From Octopus vulgaris (taxonomy: Eukaryota): 64,000 nt of DNA. A program made the translations under genes and the position numbers. Below, piece by piece: positions 37,480 through 51,390 of the stretch (position 1 is the first letter of the stretch; every line of letters starts with the position of its first letter). The notes under the pieces are model-generated. The model had not been told where the DNA came from, ran no database searches, and was given only the letters and a program-made list of their open reading frames with translations. Where the stretch lies: positions 66,402,001 to 66,466,000 of the forward strand of contig OX597826.1 in the NCBI GenBank assembly GCA_951406725.2, read 5' to 3'.

Positions 37480-40245
37480 AGAAGCATCAACAGTAAGGCT
37501 AAAAATTTAGCTAACGATTTAGAGATAGGTGACAGGGTAGAAATCCTAGCTGAAAGAAACGCTTTCATCACTGTAAAACCGAACTTTGCCGAACTTTGCC
37601 TCTAATCCTAAGTGCCAAATCCGAGATCAACCCAGCCAAATCCAAGATCGGTATGGCGAGCAAGCATATTTTGCGAGATATCAACCACACCATAAGAAGG
37701 GTCACTAACCTCTTCTTGTGATGCAGTACCAGCGAAGTGACCGCATGGTTTAACGCCAACAAGGGTAGAGGCAGAGCAAGGTTTACCCAATTTGATATAA
37801 TCGATTTTTACCCGTCTATAGCGAAAGGGTTACTGACGTAAGCGACAGCGACATAGAAATCATTATGCATGCCAGGAAGACAGTACTGTTCAACAATAGT
37901 TCGGCGTAGGTCAAACAGCCCGACCCCACGGGTTCCTTTGATGTAGCGATGGGAGCCTACGACAGTGCAGACGTGTGCGACCTTATAGGATTGTACATCC
38001 TGGATACTCTTAGGAAAAAAGTTCTCCTTGTTCTCTTTGGCCTCTACAGGGATGACGCCCTGGCCATCTTTAGGGGAGCAAGCGGCCACACACTAGATAA
38101 TCACAGCGGACTTCTGATATTTCACGCTGGACTTGGGCTCCAGTACCTACAGGCCCTACCGCAAACCAAGCGAGAGGCTAACATACATCAACACAACCTC
38201 ATGCAACCTACCTATCGTGTTCAAAAATCTGGTAAAGAGCATCAGTAAGAGGATTTCGAGCCTTTCTTCTAACCAAGCGGCCTTCGACGCGGCAGCCCCA
38301 TATTATAACGTGGCCCTAGCAGCAAGCGGGTTCAAGGACCACATCTTCTATATGCCAGAAACCAACACCTGCAGAAGGAAACGCCGCAAGGATACAAATT
38401 TAGTTTGACCTAACGCTCCCTTAACGCTTTAACGCTCGTAGGTAGACTTTTCCTTAAGTTAATAGACAAATACTTTACTAACCCCCATAGGTACGCCCCG
38501 ATTTTCGACAGGCACAACCTTAGGGTCTCGTTTAGCTGTTCCCCTAACATTAAGAGTATCTTAGTTAGTGCCCCTAAGCAACGGGGAGAGGCGGGTTGTT
38601 CACGCAGGACACGCAGCAGTTACCGAGTAGAAGGCCGCTGTGAAACCAAATGCGTCGTCTATCAGGCCGAGGTACGGGCGAACCCGGCCAATTCCACCGG
38701 CAAAAACCGTAACAGCCATAGCAGCCGTAGACACGAAGGCAGCGCCAACAACAGAGCTAACATCACCACCACCACCACAGCGAACAGCCTTACCGAAATT
38801 AACAATAGTAGCACCAGCAGTGCCCACTACATGCACCGCCACCATCACTAGCATCGACCACAGTGGCGTCGCCTCCAAAACCAGCCTTACTAATAAATAG
38901 CAGACAGGACTACAAACCCACTGACAGCTCTCATTCCAGCAGTGACAGGACCAAACTATATTGGCCGCAGCATCAACAACAGCAGCAGCAGCAGCGCCCC
39001 TAACAGACGCACCGGCCTAGACGTGAATAACGAGAATGGCAACCCACCCCCACCACCAGGGAAATTGCAATAATAATGAGAATATCAAATATTGTAACAC
39101 TTTCGCCTACAGCGGTAACATCGATGGCGCCCCCTCCACCTCCGGTTATAACACTACCAATGCCATCTCCACCCTCACCCCTGCCAACACCAGCACCAAC
39201 TGCACCAGCATTATCGTCGTCGAAGAAAACTCCAGCAGCAACAACAACAACAGCAGCACCAACGTCGTCGACCCCAGCAACATTATCATTGACAGCACTA
39301 GCAACAACAACAACAACAGCAGCAGCAACATCGACCATAACAGCAGCAATAGCAACAATAGCAACAACAGCAGTAGCAATAACGGCGGCAGCACCAGCAT
39401 CGTTTGGCTTAATAACACTGCCGCATGTGCCAACGGCAACACACGCAGAAGCAGAGACACTTCTGACGCAACCATTACCAACAGCCCCAGGGCCCAGCAC
39501 CAACAGAATCAACACCATCGCCGGCACCAGCAACAACAACAACACTGACAGCAGCAGCATCGGCAGCTACAACTGCAACAGCAGCAACAACTGCAGCAAC
39601 ACCGGCAGCAACAGCAGTAGTAGCAGCAGCAACATCAGTAATAGCAGGCACGGCACCGACTCCACGCATCCAAGTAAATACATCGGATGCACGGGAACCT
39701 CCTTCAAGACACGTTTCGCCAGAAAGGAAATATGTAACAACACTGGCCAGTCATATCTGGCAACTGAAGGAAGACGGAATTCCATACTCAATATCATGGA
39801 AAATACTCCACCGTCCGGGTCCGTACATAAATGGAACGAAACGCCGTAGGCTATGCATTGCCAAACGCATGGAAATCCAGAAAAGCTCGAACGTACCAGG
39901 GAACATACTGAACTCCAGAACGGAGATTTTCGGGCAGTGCTTGCATTTCAGGAAATTCCTATTAGCGTTTTGGGAACTGCATAATAACGATAATAGCGGT
40001 ATTAGCGATAATATTTACTCCACGGCTGAAAATTGATTGCTGATGAGAGTGGGAGATAACCCCTATTGTTTATATCTGAAAGAAGGCCACGAATGACCCG
40101 TCTTTTTTTCTCTGCCCCATTAATTGTTTTTTTCTGTCCGCCTTTGTATCGTCTATCTGTCCGGATGCTTTATTGTCTTCTATTGCGATTTTATTCCATA
40201 TTTTATATTTATACATATAGCGGCATACGTACACTTTTGCTCACC
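37480..40245 (+). mobile_element. Penelope-like retroelement (Neptune-type RT + Zn-finger linker + GIY-YIG), 5'-truncated and decayed
   Basis: INPAKSKIG, FTQFDIIDFYPSI, MGAYDSADVCDLIGLYIL, GLYRDD (38045), YRPYRKP, KRISSLSSN, IFDRHNLRVSFSCSPN, CVVYQAEV (38651), KYIGCTGTSFKTRF (39676), LASHIWQLK, ILNSRTEIFGQCLH. A partial HHR (gattg-CTGATGA..GTGG..CCAC-GAA) follows the stop at 40035-40094. Confidence 0.9.
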
Positions 40246-40289
40246 TAATATATATATATATATACATTTATATATCATGTTAGATCGGT

Positions 40290-40478
40290 ATCGGTAGCCA
40301 CTACACACATTTTTTCTCTCCTTGTTTCTCTCCTTGATTTTTTCTGTGTCTCTTTCTGTAGAAGAGCGTAGGCTCGAAACGTAAAAGACTTTTTCAATTC
40401 CTGAGCGTTATACTAATACATCTATTTGTTCTCTACACCACCTGTCTTCGTCTTTTGTTTTTTCGTGAACTCTCCCTA
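40290..40478 (+). mobile_element. Short repeat with variant hammerhead-like motif (40351-40388)
   Basis: TCTTT-CTGTAGA-A-GAGC-GTAG-GCTC-GAAAC-GT-A-AAAGA; best-preserved of three copies. Confidence 0.8.
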
Positions 40479-41254
40479 TGTATGTATGTATGTATGTATG
40501 TATGTATGTATGTATGTATGTATGTATGTATGTATGTATGTATGTATGTATGTATGTGTGTATGTATATCCGATGCGGCAAATGTATTTATTCAGTGTTC
40601 ATCTGATAAAATGATAGAGTTTTAGGTTTTGTTTAATGTAAAGTTTATAGGTTGATCGTTATATTTATTGACCATATTTTGTCCGGCGTGTTTTAAACAT
40701 TCTGCCAGTTCTTCGTCGCCTTGAAATGTGTTGTTACAATAAACGGAGCAGAGGAGTAATGCACATCAAGCAACAAAACAATCATAAATTATTAAACAAA
40801 CAAAAAACGTTTCGTCTGATGAAATGTTTACATTAAAATTATTCAAAGGAAATTACTGTTGCTGACCACACATAACTGTTTGTTTTATAACTGACAGTGT
40901 GAGAAAATAAAAGATTTATACAATTTTTTGTAAATACCGGCGGAAAAGATATGGTGCTATATAAATTCATGATGTCTTTAATAACCAAAGCTTAAAATTA
41001 TGTATGGCAGTTTAATAGTTCTGTTTTGACCATTATTTAGGAAAAATCGATTTCAATGAATAATATAATTCTCTCTACCTCGGTTATTATTCGAGGACGG
41101 ATAATATGAAAGATTGTGAATAATATGAATAATATGAAAGAAGCTATGATAGCTGAATTCTTCAATAAATGTGTTGAACTTACAAATTTAGCTCAATACT
41201 CTTTACGATAAAATACAATCAAGAAATTATAGTAAAATATGAATTTAAAACTTT

Positions 41255-41670
41255 GGCACAAGGCCAGCAAGTTCTGGAGAAGGGCAAGTCGATTACATCA
41301 ATATCCAGTGTTCAACTGGTATTTATTTAATCGACGCCGAAAGGATGAAAGGCAAAGTCGACCTCGGCGGAATTTGAACTCAGAACGTAGCTGCAGACGA
41401 AATACCCATTTCTTTACTACTCACAAGGGGCTAAACACAGAGAGGACAGACAAGGACAGATACACGGATTAAGTCGATTACATCGATCCCAGTGCGTAAC
41501 TGGTACTTAATTTATCGACCACGAAAGGATGAAAGGCAAAGCCGACCTCGGCGGAATTTGAACTCATAATGTAGCGGCAGACGAAATACCAATTTCTTTA
41601 CTACCCGCAATACCGCTAAGTATTTCGCCCGGCGTGCTAACGATTCCTTTCTACTCTAGGCACAAGGGGC
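41255..41670 (-). mobile_element. SINE B multimer
   Basis: Two cores with the same junction type. Confidence 0.85.
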
Positions 41671-42113
41671 GAAATAGCTGTAGACTACTGCTATTTCGGC
41701 CGCTGAACATTTTCACAATTACAGCCAACGAATCTAGTCAACGCACAAGACAGCCATTATGCTCCCCACACACACAAAATACCACCACGTGGATTCTGTT
41801 GAGACTAATAAGAAACAATTATGAACTTTTTTTATTACACTCAACTTTAAAAAATATTTTTGATAAGTTTCGTTTTTTTTAAGAAGGACCGAAACATGTA
41901 AAATCTCTAAGAAAATTAAAATTTATCTTATATAGTGGCGTTTTCAAACTTCTTATACATATATATAATTATGTTAAGATTTTCGTTTCGGCATACAGAT
42001 ACCAATAAGCAGTTGTTAGAACTCAATGTATCCTTTATGTATTTGGTTTGCGACTGGCATACAAGAACATACACGGACTCAAATACTAATGTCTGAGATT
42101 AAAGACTTTTCGA

Positions 42114-42405
42114 GTGCGTGTGTGTGTGTATGCGTGTGTGTATGTGTGTGCGTGTGCATGTATGTATGTATGTATGAATGTATGTGTGTGTGTATGTATG
42201 TATGTATGTATGTATGTATGCATGCATGTATGTATGTATGTATGTATGTATGTATGTATGCATGCATGTATGTATGTATGTTTGTATGTATGTATGTGTG
42301 TGTATGTATGTATGTATGTATGTATGTATGTATGTATGTATGTGTGTGTGTATGTATGTATGTGTGTATGTATGTATGTATGTATGTATGCATGTATGTA
42401 TGTCG
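42114..42405. repeat. (TATG)n/(TG)n microsatellite
   Basis: Visible directly. Confidence 0.95.
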
Positions 42406-42698
42406 TACGTATGAAGGAGCCTCGATCTAACTGTTTAGAAACTGACTAAATCCCAACGTATCACACACCGCCATCTTAAAATAGATAAACCCGAAAGAGA
42501 TTTTGGAAATTTTAGTCTAGGATAAGCAAAAAAGTGATGATCTTGTTCGAAGTAGGTGGCTTTTTTAATCATGGCACTGTCCAATCAGAATCGAGGTAGT
42601 GCTAGAGAAGAAGAAGTAGAAGTAGAAGAATAAGAAAGAAAAAGGAGAAGAAAGGAGGAGAAGAAGAAGAAGAAGAAGAAGAAGAAGAAGAAAGAAAA

Positions 42699-42944
42699 CT
42701 CTTTTACTTGTTTCATTCATGTGACTGTGGCCATGCTGGAGCACCACCGCCTTTAGTTGAGTAAATCAATCCCAGGACATATTCTTTGTAAACCTAGTAC
42801 TTATTCTATCGGTCTGTTTTGCCGAACCGCTAAGTTACGGGGACGTAAACACACCAGCATCGGTTGTCAAGCGATGTTGGGGGAACAAACACAGACATAC
42901 AAACATATACACATACATACATACATACATACATACATACATAC

Positions 42945-42986
<42 letters not shown>

Positions 42987-43152
42987 ACACACATATATAT
43001 ATAAATGGTCAAAACTCAGGCAGGAACTTAGTTTGATTTGAAAACCCCACTAGAATGGGAGAAAGCGCTAATGATCTAAGTGATATGATATATATATAAA
43101 ATGTAATATACAAATAAATAAAAACCATCCGATCTTCTGAGTACCTCATTTC

Positions 43153-43186
<34 letters not shown>

Positions 43187-43338
43187 CGACAGGCTTCTTT
43201 CAGTTTCCGTCTACCAAATCCACTCACAAGGCTTTGGTCGGCCCGAGGCTATAGGAGAAGACACTTGCCCAAGGTGCCACGCAGTGGGACTGAACCCGGA
43301 ACTATGTGGTTCGTAGGCAAGCTACTTATCACACAGCC
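42699..43338 (-). mobile_element. SINE family A with a ~155-bp insertion in its internal (TA)n
   Basis: 3' half at 42699-43000, 5' half at 43185-43338. Confidence 0.88.
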
Positions 43339-43559
43339 AAAAGAAAAAGGAAAAGGAGAAGAAGAAAAAGGAAAAGGAAGAAGAACAACAACACGTATCT
43401 ATAGGTAAAGTTTAGAGATTATGGAACTGGATGACGATATTTATGTGTTGTCATGGCAACTGTAGAACTAAGTGGATTTGGCAAAGGTGACAACGGAATG
43501 ACGGAGGGTGAGGCTGGGAAGGAGCGCTAAGTAGATTTGCTGGCGTTGACGACAGTACT

Positions 43560-44014
43560 GATTAGAATCGTGTAGTCGTAGTCGCTGAGGTGTTGTTGTG
43601 GTGGGAGGAGATGCAGTATGGTGGTAGTCGCGTTGGTGGTAGTGGTCGTCGTCTTTGTGGTGGTGATGGTGGTGGCGGTGGTGATGATAGTTGTGGTATG
43701 GAGGAGGGTGGTGCTGGTGGTTGGTAATGAGTGACGATGGGAAGTGGTGCTTGTGGTGGGGATGTTGGCGGTGGTAGCGGTGGGAGAGGATTGACTGTGA
43801 TGGTAGCGATTATGTTGGTTGTAGTAGTGGTGATGGTGGTGGTGGAAGTAGTTGCGTTGGTAGTGGTTGTGATGGTAATGGTGGTCGTGGTGGTAGTGGG
43901 AGTTGTGGCAATGGCGGTAATTGTGGTGGAATGGATGGTGTGTATGCAGGTGGTGAAGAGAGAGAAAAGGTGAAGAGAAAGGAAAATAAAAAGGAGAGAG
44001 GAGAAGTGAAAGAG

Positions 44015-44050
<36 letters not shown>
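43560..44050. repeat. Degenerate (GGT)n and (GA)n arrays
   Basis: Visible directly. Confidence 0.9.
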
Positions 44051-44054
<4 letters not shown>

Positions 44055-44686
44055 CAGACACACGGATTAAGTCGATTATATCGACCCCAGTGCGTAACTG
44101 GTACTTATTTAATCGACCCCGAAAGGATGAAAGGCAAAGTCGACCTCGGCGGAATTTGAACTCAGATCGTAACGGCAGACGAAATACCTATTTCTTTACT
44201 ACTCACAAGGGGCTAAACACAGAGGGGACAAACAAGGACAGACAAAGGGATTAAGTCGATTACATCGACCCCAGTGCGTAACTGGTACTTAATTTATCGA
44301 CCCCGAAAGGATGAAAGGCAAAGTCGACCTCGGCGGAATTTGAACTCAGAACGTAACAGCAGACAAAATATCGTTAAGCATTTCGCCCGGCGTTCTAACG
44401 TTTCTGCCAGCTCGCCGCTGGGATTACACCGATTCTGTCAGCTCACTGTTTTCATAATAAATAATTTCTTTCTAATTTTGGCACAAGGCCCGCAGTTTTG
44501 AGGGAGATGGGCAAGTTGATTACATCGATCACAGGACTTGACTGGAACGCAATTTACGGACACCCCGAAAGAAAGAAAAGCAAAGTCAGCCGCCTCGGCA
44601 GTATTTGAACTCAGAATGTAAAACCGGAAGAAATGCCGTCAAGCACTCTGCCAGACGTGCTATCGATTCTGTCAATCCACCCTCTT

Positions 44687-44747
<61 letters not shown>

Positions 44748-44960
44748 GCAGCAGCAGCAGCAGCAATCAGGATAGTCCTTTCTTGTATATGCACAAGGCT
44801 TGAAATATTTTTTGTGGTGGTGGTGGTGGTGGTTGGGAGGTAAGTCGATTACATCGACTCCAGTGCTCGGCTGGTACTTATTTTATCGACTCCGAAAGGA
44901 CGAAAGGCAAAGTCAACTTTGAACTCAGAATGAGAGGAACCGGAATAATAAACAACAAGG
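44050..44960 (-). mobile_element. SINE B dimer and older copies, with an (AAC)n tract
   Basis: Head end ttctgccagctcgccgc at about 44418; four cores. Confidence 0.88.
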
Positions 44961-45041
44961 CACTCGAACGACTTTGTCATTCCACCTGCTAGGCAGGTGA
45001 CCTCTGTTGCATAACTCTATAATGTTATGTATATATGCATG

Positions 45042-45075
<34 letters not shown>

Positions 45076-45149
45076 TGTATGTATGTATGTATGTATGTAT
45101 GTATGTATGTATGTATGTATGTATTTAAGTATGAATGTATGTATGTATG

Positions 45150-45180
<31 letters not shown>

Positions 45181-45415
45181 GTATGTATGTAAGTATGTAT
45201 TTAAGTATGTATGTAGTATATTTGTATGTATGTATGTATGTATGTATGTATATATTTAAGTATGTATGTATGTATTCGTTTCTTTTTGTATCTGTTATTT
45301 ATTATTGATCTTCGATAAAAATGAAACTGTATCCCTTAATTTGCTGCTTTTCTATACACAAACCGAGAAGACATCTTGCGGATCAGTGATTATTTTAACG
45401 AGATACATTTTGTAA

Positions 45416-45520
45416 TCACCTGAGGAGACACATCTACACCGACGGTTACTCCCCAAACCAGTCGTTTAGTATCTCACACGTGGGGGATCGAGGCTGGATG
45501 AGTCGAAACAATTGTAGTGA
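45416..45520 (+). ncRNA. Type I hammerhead ribozyme with long stem-loop II
   Basis: TCAC-CTGAGGA-GACaCATCTA(~60 nt)TGGATGaGTC-GAAAC-AATT-GTA-GTGA: palindromic ACAATTGT stem III, GUA site. Confidence 0.85.
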
Positions 45521-45789
45521 ATAATAAATATTCTCGCATATTTCATCTTCCGTCTCTCTTATTAAATCAAATATAAATGTAAGTTGTGTGTGAATGAGAA
45601 GGTGAATATGGCGTTTAAAATCTGTAGAAGCTTTTCTTTCTTTTCAGTTCTATCACTCTTCCTTCTCATTCATCCATCATTTCACCCTCATTATGGGGGC
45701 CCGTTGTTTGCAACGACTGTCCGTGTATCTTCGAGAATAGCAATCCTTGTTGCAATCATAACAGAAAAAACATTAGTAGTCTGAGTCAT

Positions 45790-47690
45790 CTTGTGCTTTC
45801 CGCTTTTAGTCTATTAATACTCAAACAATTTCAATCGTCCTCCGTTTTTATTTACCCTTGTATTTATATTACGTCTCCTGAATAGATAGTTTGGTTTCTT
45901 TTCCACGCATCCCTTTATCTCAGGTAGGGACAGTCTATTGGACAGGATTTTCACATATAGTAGCTTTAAGCATATGACATTTGCCTAGACTGCGTATTTG
46001 ACCAAAACTTTCGTGGGCGACGTCCACTGGACATTGCAAATATGGTCTAAGATCCTCTTTTGCCGACCACCTCAAAGTAGATGACCTTGTCTTCCGATGT
46101 GGTGTTCAAGATTTTGCGAGGACTTTTCAAGAGAACTGTATGTAAATTTTTCTCTTATCTAATATATATCGGTTATGTTTCACCAGGTTCACTATCGTGT
46201 AAGACAGTGTCGAGTGCACAAGTACTCAACATTCACCTATAAAACTTCAACTTGCTTAACCTCTGAGTTGAAAGAGAAGCTTGATATGATTGAGCTTAGA
46301 TATCTCATATCTACCATTTCTAACGTGGAGCCACTAATGCAAATAGAAGCAGTATGTAAAATATTTTGAGCCATAGCAACAGTTTTCTTTCTGCTGATGG
46401 TTGGGAAATTGCTCTATGATACACAGAAGGCCAACACGCGGATGATAAACGATAGCAGCATCGTCTGCAAATACAATCTCCCTGAGAAAGACAAGAGTTA
46501 TTTTAGTCTTGACACGCAGACGGACTAAGTTGCAAAAGTTACCGTCGTGTCGAGTGTAAATGTATATGCCACCAGAGGAATACGGGAAGGTACAGGTCGG
46601 AAGCAGTTAGAAGATGCTAAAAAGATAGTTGACCAAGCAAGCAGCCCTGCTTGACTCCAGTGGGGACTAAAAAATATTTGTATGGATCGCCGTTGAAAGT
46701 AATGAAGCTTTTTATATCGATGTAGAATGGTTTAACCACGCCGCATAATTTTCATGGATAGTCTTGTCTCTGGTTGGCTGAAGAGCTCGGCGACTGTCAA
46801 GATCCACAGTTTTTGTTAAATCAGAAAAAGCAAGGTACAGTGGTTGAAACGCTTCCCTAAATTTATCATGGTGTTATCTCCCAGAAAATATAACAATGAT
46901 AGATTTACTGCAATCAATAGCAGTTGACACATTTTCAGAATATCTCCTGAGAATTATCCCGAGATTTCCTTTGTTTAAATTTTGTTGCTTAGGTTTTACG
47001 TTTAACGAGAGCTTGTCTTCTGGATTGCACCGACTCAACATTTGAAGTTTTAAAATATTTCAACAAAAGAATGAAGTCTTCTGAATGCTGTAACTGGGAC
47101 ATGAATAATTCAATGCAGTTCATCGATGTAAATGTGAAACTGATAATTATTTTTGAAACCAGAGTTAAGTGAGAGGCAGTTGGCTGCCAAGCGGTTTATT
47201 CCGGTGTTGGAATTGAAACGAAGACTTCAATATGAGTAGAAGATAGTTCTGTCATTGGTAAGAAAGATGTACTGACTGCAATTCCATCGCCATGCTCCCT
47301 TCTATCAATTGATCCTATTCCTCCCAGAAGAAGCTACACCGTTTTTCTAGTAGTTACCCAGTTATAAGCCTTGATCTTGAAGAATGGTAATGTCTTCATT
47401 TAACGTCTTCGATTAGTTTTAGATCATCTGTGAAACGTTACACTGCGGTTCAAAAACTCGACCTTGCCACTCGAAGTGTTGGAGACTCCATAGAATTTTT
47501 CCATCTGTTTTACATTCCAATTATTAAGAATAAACAGTTTAGGATCCTTGACCCCCAAAAATATGTAGACTGTGGCGGATCAGCACCTTTCTGGTTAGAG
47601 GATACCCAACTTAAAATGAGTGGTAACTAACCATAGGAGCTGCAATGCCTCTTGCCATAGATAGAAACCAGTTTGGCATCCTTGTCTATG
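45790..47690 (-). pseudogene. Highly decayed CR1/L2-like LINE ORF2 fragments
   Basis: Minus-strand FTDDLKL (about 47415-47435, FADD-like), GQGS just upstream, DRREHGDGIA and QPTRD (endonuclease-like). The order is scrambled and there are many stops. Confidence 0.45.
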
Positions 47691-47723
47691 CTAAGTCAAA
47701 CAGAACATATCCTCCGTTCTGAT

Positions 47724-47923
47724 AGGCGGTGAGCAGGCAGAAACGTTAGTAGGCCGGTCGAAATGCTTAGCAGTATTTCGTCTGTCTTTACGTTCTGAGT
47801 TCAAATTCCGCCGAGGTCGACTTTGCCTTTCATCATTTCGGGGTCTATGTAATCGACTTAATCCTTTTGTATGTCCTTGTTTGTCTCCTATATGTTTAAC
47901 TCCTTGTGGGCAATAAAGAATTA
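47724..47923 (+). mobile_element. SINE family B with TSD
   Basis: 16-bp direct repeat agaacatatcctccgt at 47702-47717 and 47924-47939. Confidence 0.9.
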
Positions 47924-48519
47924 AGAACATATCCTCCGTAACTGTTGTCTTCTGTGTAAAGCTTTTGTCTCACAAAGATGGAGTGTCATCTTCAGGGCAA
48001 CTCTTTGCCACCTCTCAAAAAAAAAAAAAAAAAAATAAAAATAAAAAGAAGGAAAACAAGAGCCTGGTGAGTACTTCGTTAGGTGTGGGTCAAGATATTT
48101 TTCTCAACTACATTGATATATTCCAAAAGAAAGCAAAGGTTGAACTTCTGGTATTAATTTAGTGACAGGTGCCGAACAGACATATCTTATCACCTACGGG
48201 ACGCTCTTATATTTCGGTGAGGGTTCATCCTTTCGGTGTCGATAAAATAAGTATCGGGGTCAATCTACTGGGATCGATGTGTTGAGGTCGATGTAATCGA
48301 CTTAACCCCTTCTCAAAATGCTGGTCTTGTGCCTACATTTGAAACCAATATTTCTGTCAGATTTGTCTCCCTTAGCTTTGCGCTATCGTCAACACTCAAA
48401 AGGCAACGAGTGTATTCAACTCATAAGGGGGTGGGTGGCGACAGTTTCACAGGCACTAAAGTGTGTCACACACCGGTGACTTACATGTCACATATCTGAG
48501 GGCAGACCACCGCTAAAGG

Positions 48520-49100
48520 AGCCCTCAACCCTGACTGTTTGACTCCATCCATAAACATAGAGATGAGTCTTTGATGATTTGGGCATTCCTATCAAGAAAT
48601 TCTCTTGGCGCATTAGTTGTTTTACATGACAGAGTTAACGCCAAGGACCAAGTACTTTTGCTTACCATTTCCATCCTATCGTACAAATATTGTTCCCTGA
48701 TGGGAATCTTCCAAGTCAACAACACATTAATTCTCCTGCTAAAGGCGACGAGGTGGAAGAACCATTAGCACGCCGGACAAAATGCTTAGCGGCATTTCGT
48801 CCGTATATACATTCTGGGCTCAAATATTGCCGGGATCAGTTTTTTTACCTTTCACCCTTTCGGGATCGATAAAATAATAAGCCTTGGGGTCTATCTAATC
48901 GACTTAAGACCTCCCTAAATTTCCTGGCTTTGAGTCAAGATTTGAAACCAATGTCATTCGAAATTGGTACGAAGAACGCAAAAGTGAAAGAGAAAACTAG
49001 GATTGGCCCCTACAATTATCAGACCTCAGTGTAATTTTGCAAGGACTCCTGTTAACATATGTCAACACGAGGAGTAACTAACTAGGGTTAGTTTCTAGGG
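48520..49100 (+). pseudogene. Tc1-like transposase remnant interrupted by SINE B (about 48743-48950)
   Basis: SLMIWAFLS..LGALVVLHDRVNAKD, HPIVQILFPDG, FQVNN; after the SINE, VIRNWYEE..DWPLQLSDLSVI. Confidence 0.7.
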
Positions 49101-49636
49101 GGACTACGCATTGGCAAAAGAAAATCTACCTATAAGGCTCTCTATTTCGCATTTCTGCTATCAAGAAGGTTACCGTTACATAAACCAGCCACAGTGACAC
49201 ACTAGATTCATTATCATAGCAGCCAAATGGGGTCACTAGCGGCACTAGAATAAAAAGAAATCGATAAAATCGATTAAATGACTGCAATAAGCACTGGAGG
49301 TGGGCAATATAATCATCTCAAAACCTTTGATGATGTTGCCCCAGCATGACCGCAGTCCATTGGTTTAAACCAATAAAAGAAATAAAGCAATTCAAGAATA
49401 AAAGAATTAAAGAATAAGGGAATTAAAATAATATAATCACATCTGTATAACAATGGCTCAACAATAGCTGTACGAGACACCAGTATAGCTGAATGTGACA
49501 GGCTGACTTCGCTACTGCAAGTACGCGTGTACTTATTTCGCTGAACAACAACGATGACAACTTTTGCGGACACCACCCCCTACTCACTGACACTACCACC
49601 ATATCTATGTAAACACTTCACGTAAACAAGATGGAA

Positions 49637-49697
49637 TATATACATACATACATACATACATACATACACACATACATACATACATACATACATACAT

Positions 49698-49772
<75 letters not shown>

Positions 49773-49818
49773 CACGTATATATTTATATATTTATATATA
49801 TATATTAATATATATACA

Positions 49819-49872
<54 letters not shown>

Positions 49873-49962
49873 TGTATATATATTAATATATATACATATA
49901 TGTATATATATTAATGTATCTACATATATGTATATATATATATATTATATATACATGCGTAT

Positions 49963-49995
<33 letters not shown>

Positions 49996-50013
49996 CACGT
50001 ATACATATACATT

Positions 50014-50049
<36 letters not shown>

Positions 50050-50201
50050 AACATACATATATATATACATTTATGTATATTTACATACATATATATATAT
50101 ATATATACACACAAACATATATATATATATGCACATATTTATGTATATATTTATGTATATATACATATTGTATATATTTTATGTATATATACATACATAC
50201 A

Positions 50202-50256
<55 letters not shown>

Positions 50257-50280
50257 TTATGTATATATACGTATTATATA
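49637..50280. repeat. (CATA)n/(TA)n microsatellite
   Basis: Visible directly. Confidence 0.95.
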
Positions 50281-50599
50281 TGTCTCTTTTATTCCTTGTT
50301 TCAATCTTTGGACTGCGGCCATGCTGGAGCACTAACTTGAGATCTTTTTTAATGGAACAAACCGGTTCCAGTACTTTTTTTAAAGTTGAGGCATCATATT
50401 GAGGCATCATATTGTTGGATTAGTCGAACAAATTGACCCTAGTTTTAATTTTAAGCCCGGCACTTATTTTAACGACACTTTTGCCGAACCACTAGGATAC
50501 GGGGACACAAACCCACACCGATTATCAAGCGGTGGGGTTGCAAGCACAAAAACACACATTACATACACATACATACATGCATGCACACACATACATATG

Positions 50600-50809
50600 T
50601 ACGAGTGGATGCTGAAAGTTCCTGGCTTTAAGGGCGTCGCGAAAGGCCTGGCTGGAGGCCTAACATTTCAAGTCTTTTTACAGGGCTTAGAAAAATTGAA
50701 GGACCGCTACAATAAGTGCGTGAATTTGGGAGGGGAATACATCATAAGTAACTGACCCTCCTGTATTCTCTTTTACTCAAAGCCAGGAACTTTTCAGCAC
50801 TCTCTTGTA
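50600..50809 (+). mobile_element. Mariner-derived MITE nested in an old SINE A (50285-50940, -)
   Basis: TIRs tacgagtggatgctgaaagttcctggcttt / aaagccaggaacttttcagcactctcttgta; interior LQGLEKLKDRYNKCVNLGGEYI. Confidence 0.8.
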
Positions 50810-50989
50810 TGTATACGATGAGCTTTTTCACAGTTTTTGTCACAAAGTTTTTGCTCAATCTATAGCAGAAGAGCGTTACCCAAAGTACTGCGTGGTTGTA
50901 CCGAACTAAAAACTACATGGTTGCGAAGCGGGCATCTTAGGCATGCAACCATTTTCAATTATGAAATTCTATTCCATAACCAAATACAT

Positions 50990-51390
50990 ACTCTTTTACA
51001 TGTTTCAGCCATTTGACTGTGGCCATGCTGGAGCATCGCCTTTACTCGAGCAAATCGACCCTAGGACTTATTCTTTGTAAGCCTAGTACTTATTCTATCG
51101 GTCTCTTTTGCCGAACCGCTAAGTTACGGGTACGTAAACACACCAGCATCGGTTGTCAGGCGATGTTGGGGGGGACAAACACAGACACACAAACATACAC
51201 ACATATATACATATATATATATACATATATACGACGGGCTTCTTTCAGTTTCCGTATATCAAATCCGCTCACAATGCTTTGGTCGGCCCGAGGCTATAGT
51301 AGAAGACACTTGCCCAAGGTGCCAGGCAGTAGGACTGAACCCGGAACGATGTGGTTCGTAAGCAAGCTACTTACCACACAGCCACTCCTA
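50990..51390 (-). mobile_element. SINE family A, full length
   Basis: Reverse complement of 57975-58395. Confidence 0.92.

Noticed and set aside
39076-39849. 257-aa mucin-like ORF as a host gene
   Set aside because: It lies inside the Penelope-like element and runs into its YIG motif; the Thr/Ala/Pro part is probably a shifted frame of the Ser/Asn insert.
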